From: Vibrio aphrogenes
GTDB lineage: Bacteria; Pseudomonadota; Gammaproteobacteria; Enterobacterales; Vibrionaceae
Reading direction: 5' to 3'
Assembly: GCF_002157735.2 (NCBI RefSeq)
Contig: NZ_AP018689.1
Coordinates: forward strand, 1,249,619 to 1,273,618
Length of the DNA stretch: 24,000 bases
The notes beneath the pieces are model-generated. The model ran no database searches and was not told the DNA's origin. It was given only the letters and a program-made list of their open reading frames with translations. The translations under genes and the position numbers were made by a program. Numbering within the stretch: the stretch's first letter is position 1; each line of letters starts with the position of its first letter. Below are positions 7,581-14,595 of this stretch, in pieces.

Positions 7581-9536
7581 ATGCCAAATACTATATTCAA
7601 ATTATCTATGATTGCCACCGCACTGGTAGCGGCTCATAGTGCTAACGCAGCCATTTATCAAATTGTACCCGTCGACTCTAATGTGAATGCGACTAAGGTT
7701 TATTCAAGTACGATTAATGATTCATCAACGGCATCAGAAAGTGATCCGCTAGGTTGCTTTGCTGATAGTGCGAGCTGCAGTGCGAGTAGCTATAAACTGG
7801 GTGGCGATACTCGTGAAGGCGATGAAGGCTTTTCTTATCGTGATGAAGTACCGTTTAAATTTGATAATACATTTACTTATCTCGATTATACCGATTTACG
7901 TAGCTACTGTTATAACCAGTTAGGGTACTCTACTTGCGACAGTTGGGCGCAGAAAAAGTGGTTTGGTGATTATTCTGATAATGATGAAAATTCGTGTGAC
8001 TACAGCTTAACGGGTGGCTTATGCCAAGAGCGTAGGGCGTTTTATCAAGGTTATAATGGCCGTAATGCGATTGGGATTATCGATGGGGCTGAAATTTCAA
8101 CTCCAGTCGAAACCAGTGTAACTCCAACAGGTGGGACACTGGTTGCTGATTCTGCCAATACGGTAGTCAATAAAGTCTTCGCCGATGGAACGGCCATTGG
8201 TATTACAAGCAGTGGTTATTATGATGTTAACGGTAACTATGTATTGACTTATCGCCAACGCGGTTTTTACGACACCACCTTCATGTTACCTAAACAAGAT
8301 GGCGAAACTATTGTTAAACGTATGGGGCGCACCTTTGCGTATGACTCTTTTGTTTACAATAACACTACTTATGTTGTCGGTTCTGCCTCAGTATCATCTT
8401 TTGCCTATGGTGATAGCAGTAAAGATTATGATTACGGTGATCTCAATAATTGTCTCAATACTGATGAACCTGAACTACTTGCTGAATGCCAGAACTTTGC
8501 TTTTGCCACAAAAGCCTATGTTTGGCCAGCGACAGATGGTACTTCAGGCGTCAGTGTATCAGGGTGGACTAATACTACTACGGCAAATAATACTGACAAT
8601 AATGAAGCGGCCGCTCAAGGCAGTGTACGTGCCGCTGCGGTACCAACGACGACGACTTATGCCAATAAGCCAGTATTAGCCGGTTTCAATACTATTGATC
8701 AAGATGATAATTATCTGATGCAGGCAGCGATTTTCTATCCTAAATCGACCTTTACCTCACCGGATGAGGCTGACCAATGGGAAACCGCTTACGTCTCAGG
8801 GGCTGAGGTAGAACAGGGCGATGATTATATTTATAGCAATAGCTTAATCAAAGATATTAATGATAACCTCATTGCAATTGGTGAAGCAAAACGCAGTGGC
8901 AGCTACCCTGAAAATGGTGCGGCGAATAATCGTTTATTCTACACGGATGCTTCGACAGGCAGTGCAGATTCAGCGCCTACTGCTGTATATTTATCTGGTG
9001 ATATCTTCTTTAGTGGTGCCGGTGGTGAAGCTAATGCCATCAATAACTATAATGAAGTGGTTGGGGCTATCGATGCAGAAGATAGTCGTGAGGTAAATGG
9101 TAAACAACGTCGTCGACGTGGCTTTATTGACCCATTGAATTTATCAACCAGTAATGCGGACCGTTTAGCGCTCTTTGAAAATAAATCATGGTGGTTAGAT
9201 AACTTAACCAATGGTGGAGAATATTCTGAGGCAAATAACCAATATCGGATTGTCAGTGCAACAGGCATTAATGATGATGGCGTAATCTCGGCCACAGCCA
9301 ATTTCTGTGATGGTGGATACGATGATACATCGCATAATGCTTATTGTGGTAATGGAACTCAAGATGAGCAATTAGTTGCAGTGAAACTGATTCCGATTGC
9401 TGGCGCGACCTCAGCCGACATTGAAACCCGTGGCGAAGATAAAGCGGATGTAGAAAGGCAAGGTGGTAGCTTAGGCTATTTAGCACTGACCATGTTAGGC
9501 TTAATTAGTTTCCGAAGAAGGAAAACAAAAATGTAA
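7581..9536 (+). CDS. Secreted repeat protein (DUF3466-like, HAF-type repeats) with C-terminal GlyGly-CTERM sorting signal
   Basis: The signal peptide is MPNTIFKLSMIATALVAAHSANA. Repeats of the xINDxGxxxG type recur (INDNLIAIGEA, AINNYNEVVGAID, GINDDGVISATAN). The C-terminus GGSLGYLALTMLGLISFRRRKTKM has GG, a TM helix and a basic tail. The track start at 7542 adds 13 codons overlapping the uup end. Confidence 0.75.
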   Translation: MPNTIFKLSMIATALVAAHSANAAIYQIVPVDSNVNATKVYSSTINDSSTASESDPLGCFADSASCSASSYKLGGDTREGDEGFSYRDEVPFKFDNTFTYLDYTDLRSYCYNQLGYSTCDSWAQKKWFGDYSDNDENSCDYSLTGGLCQERRAFYQGYNGRNAIGIIDGAEISTPVETSVTPTGGTLVADSANTVVNKVFADGTAIGITSSGYYDVNGNYVLTYRQRGFYDTTFMLPKQDGETIVKRMGRTFAYDSFVYNNTTYVVGSASVSSFAYGDSSKDYDYGDLNNCLNTDEPELLAECQNFAFATKAYVWPATDGTSGVSVSGWTNTTTANNTDNNEAAAQGSVRAAAVPTTTTYANKPVLAGFNTIDQDDNYLMQAAIFYPKSTFTSPDEADQWETAYVSGAEVEQGDDYIYSNSLIKDINDNLIAIGEAKRSGSYPENGAANNRLFYTDASTGSADSAPTAVYLSGDIFFSGAGGEANAINNYNEVVGAIDAEDSREVNGKQRRRRGFIDPLNLSTSNADRLALFENKSWWLDNLTNGGEYSEANNQYRIVSATGINDDGVISATANFCDGGYDDTSHNAYCGNGTQDEQLVAVKLIPIAGATSADIETRGEDKADVERQGGSLGYLALTMLGLISFRRRKTKM

Positions 9537-9541
9537 TATTG

Positions 9542-9578
9542 AACTGGGGCTCACAGAAATGAGCCCCAGTTTTTTTTT
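9542..9578 (+). terminator. Strong rho-independent terminator ending the rlmL-to-repeat-protein gene string
   Basis: AACTGGGGCTC (9542-9552) pairs perfectly over 11 bp with GAGCCCCAGTT (9561-9571) around an 8-nt loop. The T-run continues to 9578. Confidence 0.9.
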
Positions 9579-9840
9579 ACCTTGAGAAAGTCTCAGCTTT
9601 GATCGATGCTTAATAAGTGGTGTCACAGAACTGCCACAAGATAGTCGTTTTTTGGTAATACCAATCACATTGATTAAATGGTTAGAAATACCGAGGAAAA
9701 AGAGGGTGAGAGCAAGGCTAATTTAGATAAGTTGTTATTCTACGAGTAACTTCTTTTATAAACGAAGCCTTTATAAGGGAAAGTTAAACGCCGTTATCAA
9801 GCCTTTTAACAACCAAGGATAACCAGATAATAAGTTCGAT

Positions 9841-9849
9841 TGGTATAAT
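9841..9849 (+). promoter_or_regulatory. Extended -10 promoter element TGgTATAAT upstream of rmf
   Basis: TG at 9841-9842 sits one base before a perfect TATAAT (9844-9849). This is 23 nt upstream of the rmf ATG, with SD AAGAGGA in between. Confidence 0.45.
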
Positions 9850-9872
9850 GATCAAAGTAAGAGGATTGTACT

Positions 9873-10046
9873 ATGAAGAGACAGAAACGCGACCGCCTAG
9901 AACGAGCTCAATCTCAAGGTTATAAAGCAGGTCTAAATGGGAGGTCGATGGATGACTGTCCATATCAACAAACGGATGCTAAGTCGAATTGGTTAGGTGG
10001 TTGGCGAGACGCAAGAGACGATCGTCAATCAGGTCTAATAAAGTAA
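9873..10046 (+). CDS. rmf: Ribosome modulation factor
   Basis: It is not in the ORF track (57 codons). My translation is MKRQKRDRLERAQSQGYKAGLNGRSMDDCPYQQTDAKSNWLGGWRDARDDRQSGLIK, the canonical RMF pattern. The SD is good. The position between uup and fabA is as in E. coli. Confidence 0.92.
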   Translation: MKRQKRDRLERAQSQGYKAGLNGRSMDDCPYQQTDAKSNWLGGWRDARDDRQSGLIK

Positions 10047-10058
10047 GTATGATTTTGT

Positions 10059-10084
10059 AAGGCTCTTCAATGAGCCTTATTTTT
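10059..10084 (+). terminator. Rho-independent terminator after rmf
   Basis: AAGGCTC (10059-10065) pairs with GAGCCTT (10072-10078) around a 6-nt loop. ATTTTT follows. Confidence 0.75.
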
Positions 10085-10121
10085 ACACATTATAACGCAC
10101 TATAACTAGATGTGCGGCATA

Positions 10122-10150
10122 AAATAAATCAGCATTACGCTGACTTATTT
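10122..10150 (-). terminator. Terminator hairpin after fabA (minus strand)
   Basis: On the minus strand it reads AAATAAGTCAGC-GTAAT-GCTGATTTATTT followed by TATGCC. The stem has one internal mismatch and the A/U-rich flanks could act in both directions. Confidence 0.55.
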
Positions 10151-10171
10151 ATACTATATTAGTTTCTTCTC

Positions 10172-10696
10172 TTAGAAAGAGGAGGTGTCTTGGAACAAAC
10201 CGACTTTAAGGTCTTTAGCTACGTAGATTTCTTTACCGTCTACAAGTACGCGTCCATCCGCTAACCCCATCACTAAGCGACGATTTACAACACGCTTCAT
10301 GTTGATTTCATAAGTCACTTTTTTCGCGGTTGGTAGAATTTGACCTGTGAATTTTACTTCACCAACACCCAAAGCACGACCTTTACCTTCGCCGCCAACC
10401 CAACCAAGGAAGAAACCTACTAGTTGCCACATCGCATCAAGGCCTAAACAGCCTGGCATAACTGGGTCACCTGGAAAGTGACAATCAAAGAACCAAAGAT
10501 CAGGAGTAATATCTAACTCTGCGACAATGATGCCTTTACCAAATTCACCAGCTCCTTCTTCGTCAGTAATATTAACGATACGATCCATCATTAACATGTT
10601 TGGTGCAGGTAATTGTGGACGGCCTGGGCCAAAAAGCTCACCTTGGCTAGAGGCTAAAAGATCTTCACGAGTATAAGAATTACGTTTATTTTGCAT
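10172..10696 (-). CDS. fabA: 3-hydroxydecanoyl-ACP dehydratase/isomerase
   Basis: The 174-aa product is near-collinear with E. coli FabA. Shared stretches include [57 protein letters not shown] and [12 protein letters not shown]. Confidence 0.97.
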   Translation of the reverse strand: MQNKRNSYTREDLLASSQGELFGPGRPQLPAPNMLMMDRIVNITDEEGAGEFGKGIIVAELDITPDLWFFDCHFPGDPVMPGCLGLDAMWQLVGFFLGWVGGEGKGRALGVGEVKFTGQILPTAKKVTYEINMKRVVNRRLVMGLADGRVLVDGKEIYVAKDLKVGLFQDTSSF

Positions 10697-10730
10697 TATG
10701 TATCACTCCAAAAATAGTCTGTGTATCTTA

Positions 10731-10750
10731 GAGAACAGGTGTACGCTAAA
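10731..10750 (-). promoter_or_regulatory. FabR-like operator in the fabA promoter
   Basis: The minus strand reads TTTAGCGTACACCTGTTCTC. This resembles the E. coli fabA FabR site as I recall it (AGCGTACACGTGTTAGCT). It lies just upstream of candidate -10 TAAGAT (10730-10725). Confidence 0.5.
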
Positions 10751-10764
10751 CAAGTCCGATCAGT
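10749..10764 (-). promoter_or_regulatory. FadR operator at the -40 region of the fabA promoter
   Basis: The minus strand reads ACTGATCGGACTTGTT, identical to the E. coli fabA FadR site as I recall it (AACTGATCGGACTTGTT). It overlaps the stop codon of the upstream Lon-like gene. Confidence 0.6.
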
Positions 10765-12430
10765 GATTACTTAAAAGGTTTTTGAGCTTAGCCAAAAATC
10801 CACAAGGCACGCTATCGTGCTTATCAAAATGTTCAATTCGCTCTGAAATTCTCTTCAAGATAGTTTCATCATCATCACCACGAAATGCTTTACCCAGTAT
10901 AAGCGGCAGTGCTTCATCAACAGATTCAACAGACCATAAATGGAAAGTTTCATCCTTCATTGCGTCCACTACATATTGTTGCAGCGATAAATGTTTTAAA
11001 TTTGATTTAGGTAAAATCACGCCTTGTTGGCCCGTTAATCCCTGGTGTTTACAAACATGGAAAAAGCCTTCAATCTTCTCATTTAGACCACCGACGGCTT
11101 GAACTCGACCAAATTGGTCTACAGCTCCAGTAACAGCGATTTGTTGATTGATCGGATACTCGGATAACGCGCTGACTAAAGAGCAAAGCTCCGCTAATGA
11201 CGCACTATCACCATCCACCTCTGAATAGGACTGTTCAAATACGATTGAAGCAGCAAATGGTAAAGGCTCATCAAGATTTAACGCACTACTTAAGAAGGCT
11301 TGCATAATCATCATGCCTTTCGCATGCAAATTACCGCCCAATTCAGCTTTGCGTTCAACATCGGCAATGTCACCATCGCCAAAATGAATCACACACGAGA
11401 TACGTGCTGGTTCACCATAAGTCACAGGATGTCCTGGTACTTCAATCACGGTTAAGCCATTGACTTGACCAACTTGTTCACCTTGCGTCTCGATGATAAC
11501 TTGACCTTCGAGAATATCGTCGAGTGCTCTTTCTGGTAAATAAGACTGTCGATAGTTGCGTTCCGCCAGTGCTTGCGCTAAATGCGGCTGAGTAATTGCC
11601 TCTCCCTTAGAGAGCAACGCTGCCTCAGCTAATAAAGTTTTGTGCCAAATCGGGCATAAAGGCATTCTATTTTGATCTTCGGTTTCTCTAGCACCTTGAG
11701 TAAGGAAGAAGGCCCACGCTTCTTTATCCGCTAAAGGTGGGAAGTGATGCGCTTTGATAATTCCATTAATATATTGAATATAAGGCTCAAAAGTCGTTGC
11801 ATCGATTTTATAGTCCAATTCCACTTCTGAAAAAAGACACAGTGACGTTCGAATGTCAGCATCAAACAGGTCTAAATCACCCAGTTGCATCCGGTCGCCG
11901 ATAATCACTAATTTAATATCATATTGTTTCTGAGATAGGTGGCTAACCACATTCTTAGGATTAGCGGCAATGGCCGAGCATGGATTGCCGAGAATGGCTG
12001 CTTTCAATTTTGGCCAAATTCGTGGGTTCGCTAAAATCGCATTGGCCGATAAAATCAAGTAGCCACCATGCGCTTTATCTAATAGCCCAGGTTTCTCATA
12101 CTTTATTTCACCGTTTTCACTCTCATAAAGGCCAAATAAATCTTCTGGTTCAATTGTTTCGCTCGAAATAACAGGAACTGAGTGAATTTCATTGAGATTG
12201 ATGAGCGACTGGTAAGATTGGTATATCGCTTGACGATAAAGATAGTTATCCGGCCCGTTGATTAATAAAAAGCGGGGAAACTCCACAAGATGATGAAAAT
12301 GTAGAATACTGGATTTAAGTCTAGGCTGAAGATCCAAAAAAGATAAAGGAGGGAGAGAGGCTCCGTGTGTAAGGGTATCTTCAAATTGTGAGAAATTAGG
12401 TAGTGCAGATTGCCAAGACTCTTTGATCAT
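10760..12430 (-). CDS. ycbZ: Lon-like serine protease homologue (YcbZ/LonH type) lacking an ATPase P-loop
   Basis: The C-terminal Lon protease domain has DGDSASLAELCSLVSALS (catalytic Ser region) and GGLNEKIEGF (Lys). It also has GEPARISCVIHFGDGDIADVERKAELGGNLHAKGMMIMQAF, close to E. coli YcbZ. There is no GxxGxGK[ST] anywhere in the 556 aa. The position between fabA and matP is the same as in E. coli. Confidence 0.88.
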   Translation of the reverse strand: MIKESWQSALPNFSQFEDTLTHGASLPPLSFLDLQPRLKSSILHFHHLVEFPRFLLINGPDNYLYRQAIYQSYQSLINLNEIHSVPVISSETIEPEDLFGLYESENGEIKYEKPGLLDKAHGGYLILSANAILANPRIWPKLKAAILGNPCSAIAANPKNVVSHLSQKQYDIKLVIIGDRMQLGDLDLFDADIRTSLCLFSEVELDYKIDATTFEPYIQYINGIIKAHHFPPLADKEAWAFFLTQGARETEDQNRMPLCPIWHKTLLAEAALLSKGEAITQPHLAQALAERNYRQSYLPERALDDILEGQVIIETQGEQVGQVNGLTVIEVPGHPVTYGEPARISCVIHFGDGDIADVERKAELGGNLHAKGMMIMQAFLSSALNLDEPLPFAASIVFEQSYSEVDGDSASLAELCSLVSALSEYPINQQIAVTGAVDQFGRVQAVGGLNEKIEGFFHVCKHQGLTGQQGVILPKSNLKHLSLQQYVVDAMKDETFHLWSVESVDEALPLILGKAFRGDDDETILKRISERIEHFDKHDSVPCGFLAKLKNLLSNH

Positions 12431-12665
12431 TATAAAAAATTCTATAGGTGGTCAGAAGTAAGGAAGTATATAGAAAAACAAGGTAATCTTATACCTGTTT
12501 TATTGCTTTAACTTATTGTGATAAATCATACATTAATCCATGGATTTGAGAGCCTGTTATCATAAACAAAAATATGGCTAGACTATGATTTTAAATCACG
12601 TAAAAAGTTGTGAATACAATGATTTTTGGTTACGCTGTCACTGTGTGTGTTTATAGGGAAGACAA

Positions 12666-13115
12666 ATGAAATATCAACAACTTGAAAATTTAGAGTGCGG
12701 ATGGAAGTGGCAATATTTAATTCGAAAATGGAAAGATGGAGAAGCCATCACACGCTATCAAGATTCCAGTGAATCTCAAGCAGCAATTATTGGTTTGCAA
12801 AAGCTAGAACATCAGCCCACACAAGTTCTCAATTGGATTGATGAACACATGAATCCGCACCTTGATAATAAGCTGAAACAAGCAATTAGAGCGAAACGTA
12901 AACGTCATTTTAATGCAGAGCATACTCATACTAAGAAGAAGTCGATAGATTTAGACTACGCAGTCTGGGAAAAGCTCTCTGAACGAGCTCAAGAGCTTGG
13001 CTGTACTTTATCAGAAGCTATTGAATACTTGGTATCCGAGGCTTCTCGAGGAGAGAAGGCGAGTAAGAAAGTGAATAGTATTAAAGCCGATTTAAGTAAA
13101 TTACTTGATTTCTAA
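12666..13115 (+). CDS. matP: Macrodomain Ter organiser protein MatP
   Basis: [22 protein letters not shown]... and [32 protein letters not shown] are collinear with E. coli MatP ([21 protein letters not shown]..., [24 protein letters not shown]). Confidence 0.95.
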   Translation: [149 protein letters not shown]

Positions 13116-13273
13116 TCGTATTTTCCTTTTTTATTACATCTTTTTAATCAATAGTCGTGATCGAGATTAAGTTTTTTATTATCCTACCTAGATATTGATG
13201 GTTTTGTTGCTAGATTGTATACATTAAGGTCTACATTCTTGTTCACATTAAACATATTTATCTGAGGTGTTGT

Positions 13274-13576
13274 ATGAAAAAAATCACGTTATTATCTCTT
13301 TGTGTGTTCGCTATGTCCCCAAGCATCACATTTGCCGCCGATGCGGCAGCAGGAAAAGCAAAAACCATGACGTGCACCGCTTGTCATGGTGCTGATGGTA
13401 TCGCTTTAATCAAAACTTATCCAAATCTTAAAGGGCAAAATGCTGCATACCTAGAAAAGCAAATGAAAGCTTTTAAAAGTGGTGAACGTAAAGATCCTGT
13501 TATGTCACCAATGGCTGCAACTATTAATGACGCCGATATTGCTGATATTGCTGCCTATTATGAAAGTTTAAAGTAA
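13274..13576 (+). CDS. Periplasmic monoheme class I c-type cytochrome
   Basis: The signal peptide is MKKITLLSLCVFAMSPSITFA. There is a single CxxCH (CTACH) and a distal Met region (DPVMSPMA). The product is 100 aa. GAGGTG lies upstream of the ATG. Confidence 0.85.
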   Translation: MKKITLLSLCVFAMSPSITFAADAAAGKAKTMTCTACHGADGIALIKTYPNLKGQNAAYLEKQMKAFKSGERKDPVMSPMAATINDADIADIAAYYESLK

Positions 13577-13593
13577 CAAGCTAATAAGCACAT

Positions 13594-13642
13594 CTCTTAC
13601 AGAATGGAATTAACCCCAGACTTGTTGATTATTCTGTAAGAG
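13594..13642. repeat. Perfect 12-bp inverted repeat with 25-nt spacer, 18 nt after the cytochrome c stop
   Basis: CTCTTACAGAAT (13594-13605) pairs with ATTCTGTAAGAG (13631-13642). No T/U tract follows on either strand, so it is not a canonical intrinsic terminator. Confidence 0.6.
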
Positions 13643-13671
13643 GATACCACTGCATGTTAATCAGTTCTTCT

Positions 13672-13710
13672 GGCTATTGGCTATTAAAGCAATAAAGCAA
13701 TAAAGCAATA
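13672..13710. repeat. Short tandem repeats: GGCTATT x2 followed by TAAAGCAA x3 (+TA)
   Basis: GGCTATT occurs at 13672-13678 and 13679-13685. TAAAGCAA occurs at 13685-13692, 13693-13700 and 13701-13708, then a partial TA. Confidence 0.8.
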
Positions 13711-14080
13711 GTGTCTTCATTATTCGTGTTCATCAAAAGTTATTTTCGCCAACTTATTATCCATACTCAAACATTCGTAAAGCTATACCTAGAGAATCAA
13801 TAACAGACACACGATAAATTCTTCAAGGTCATAGGAGTGTTATATCAAATCTTACTGACTTACTAATTATGAACATCCTTGTTTGCTTGCTTGTTAAAAG
13901 TAAAAGGACGAGCACCCATCTCCACTTTGCAATTACATCATAGTGCGCATTATGTATCTTATGTTAAATAAGATATGCAAATACAGCAAATCTCTACCAT
14001 TACCTTCATAATTCCCCATTCTTTAGGTATTAAGTTTGTTTTTGCTATTTGTTCGGTATTCGAATGAATCTTAAGATAGA

Positions 14081-14128
14081 AACTGAATTACCATTGTCAA
14101 ATGAACTGTGACAGATGGTAATTCAGTT
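14081..14128. repeat. Long near-perfect hairpin (19 bp stem, 1-nt bulge, 9-nt loop), 39 nt downstream of the cystatin-like gene stop
   Basis: AACTGAATTACCAT (14081-14094) pairs perfectly with ATGGTAATTCAGTT (14115-14128). Inner TGTCA (14095-14099) pairs with TGACA (14109-14113), leaving G14114 bulged. On the minus strand TTTCTATCTT follows, a weak U tract. It may terminate the yciH-MATE-cystatin transcript. Confidence 0.6.
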
Positions 14129-14166
14129 GCGCTTATTGGGTTGGCTTTATCTTTTGTGCGGCTTGT

Positions 14167-14559
14167 TTATTTTGCGTCTTGCTGTGCTAGGCATTCATCT
14201 AGTAAAGATTGTGGTTGGATACTGATGATTTTGTATTGACCTTTTAAGTCTTTATAAACTTTTGCTGTATAGGTTGTATCGTCTTCAATGGTAAATTCAA
14301 CTTTGTAATTCATACCTGCGACAACTTGTTGCTGTGCGCGTTGAATCGATTTGACGCTATGGTTACCTTCTAAGCTTGCCACGGCTAATAAGGCTGACTG
14401 TTTTACTTCTGCTGATATCTCAGCCTCTTGCCAGCCTCCCGGCATTGATTTGACGGTTTCGCATTTCATGGTCAATTCAGGGTTTTCAGTTGGTGGTGTT
14501 GCACTACATGCGGTCATTGCAAGCGTGATGGTTGAAATCGCGAGAATATTTTTATACAT
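14167..14559 (-). CDS. Stefin/cystatin-like protein with lipoprotein signal peptide (putative cysteine-protease inhibitor)
   Basis: MYKNILAISTITLAMTAC is a signal peptide ending in a lipobox-like MTAC. The mature part carries SMPGGWQEAE (stefin A has MIPGGLSEAK). It also has QQVVAGMNYKVEF (stefin A has QVVAGTNYYIKV) and VYKDLKGQ (stefin A has VFKSLPGQ). The track start (TTG 14568) adds 3 codons. The ATG at 14559 is preferred. Confidence 0.75.
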   Translation of the reverse strand: MYKNILAISTITLAMTACSATPPTENPELTMKCETVKSMPGGWQEAEISAEVKQSALLAVASLEGNHSVKSIQRAQQQVVAGMNYKVEFTIEDDTTYTAKVYKDLKGQYKIISIQPQSLLDECLAQQDAK

Positions 14560-14595
14560 AGTAAACAAACCTTAATGCTGTGGTGAATAAAATAA

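Noticed and set aside
3409-9486. Overlapping or antisense track ORFs inside rlmL, uup and the repeat-protein gene (3409..3663, 4134..4352, 6016..6279, 6690..7034, 6886..7086, 7110..7328, 7161..7391, 8299..8679, 8860..9096, 9047..9301, 9268..9486)
   Set aside because: All lie fully within well-supported longer CDSs in other frames and have no recognisable motifs. They are typical shadow ORFs.
9654-9669. CRP site upstream of rmf (GGTAATACCAATCACA)
   Set aside because: The right half TCACA is good, but the left half GGTAA matches TGTGA at only 3 of 5 positions. This is not enough without a PWM score.
12535-12546. Perfect 12-bp palindrome AATCCATGGATT in the ycbZ-matP divergent region (similarly TTTACATTGTAAA at 2931-2943)
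   Set aside because: Roughly half a dozen perfect 12-bp palindromes are expected by chance in 24 kb. No second related copy was seen, so each alone is not evidence of an operator.
12431-12665. Search for a matS site (GTGAC-RNY-GTCAC) near matP and elsewhere
   Set aside because: Scanning the GTGAC/GTCAC occurrences I noticed by eye (for example 12634, 14106, 9618), none forms the 13-bp palindrome. No matS site is claimed.
13685-13710. TAAAGCAA x3 tandem repeat as a CRISPR or other array
   Set aside because: The 8-nt units are directly abutting with no spacers, there are only three copies, and no cas genes are present. It is a micro-tandem repeat only.
13869-13943. 24-codon ORF MNILVCLLVKSKRTSTHLHFAITS as a type I toxin
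   Set aside because: There is no SD, no obvious antisense partner or terminator, and the hydrophobic segment is too short for a TM helix.
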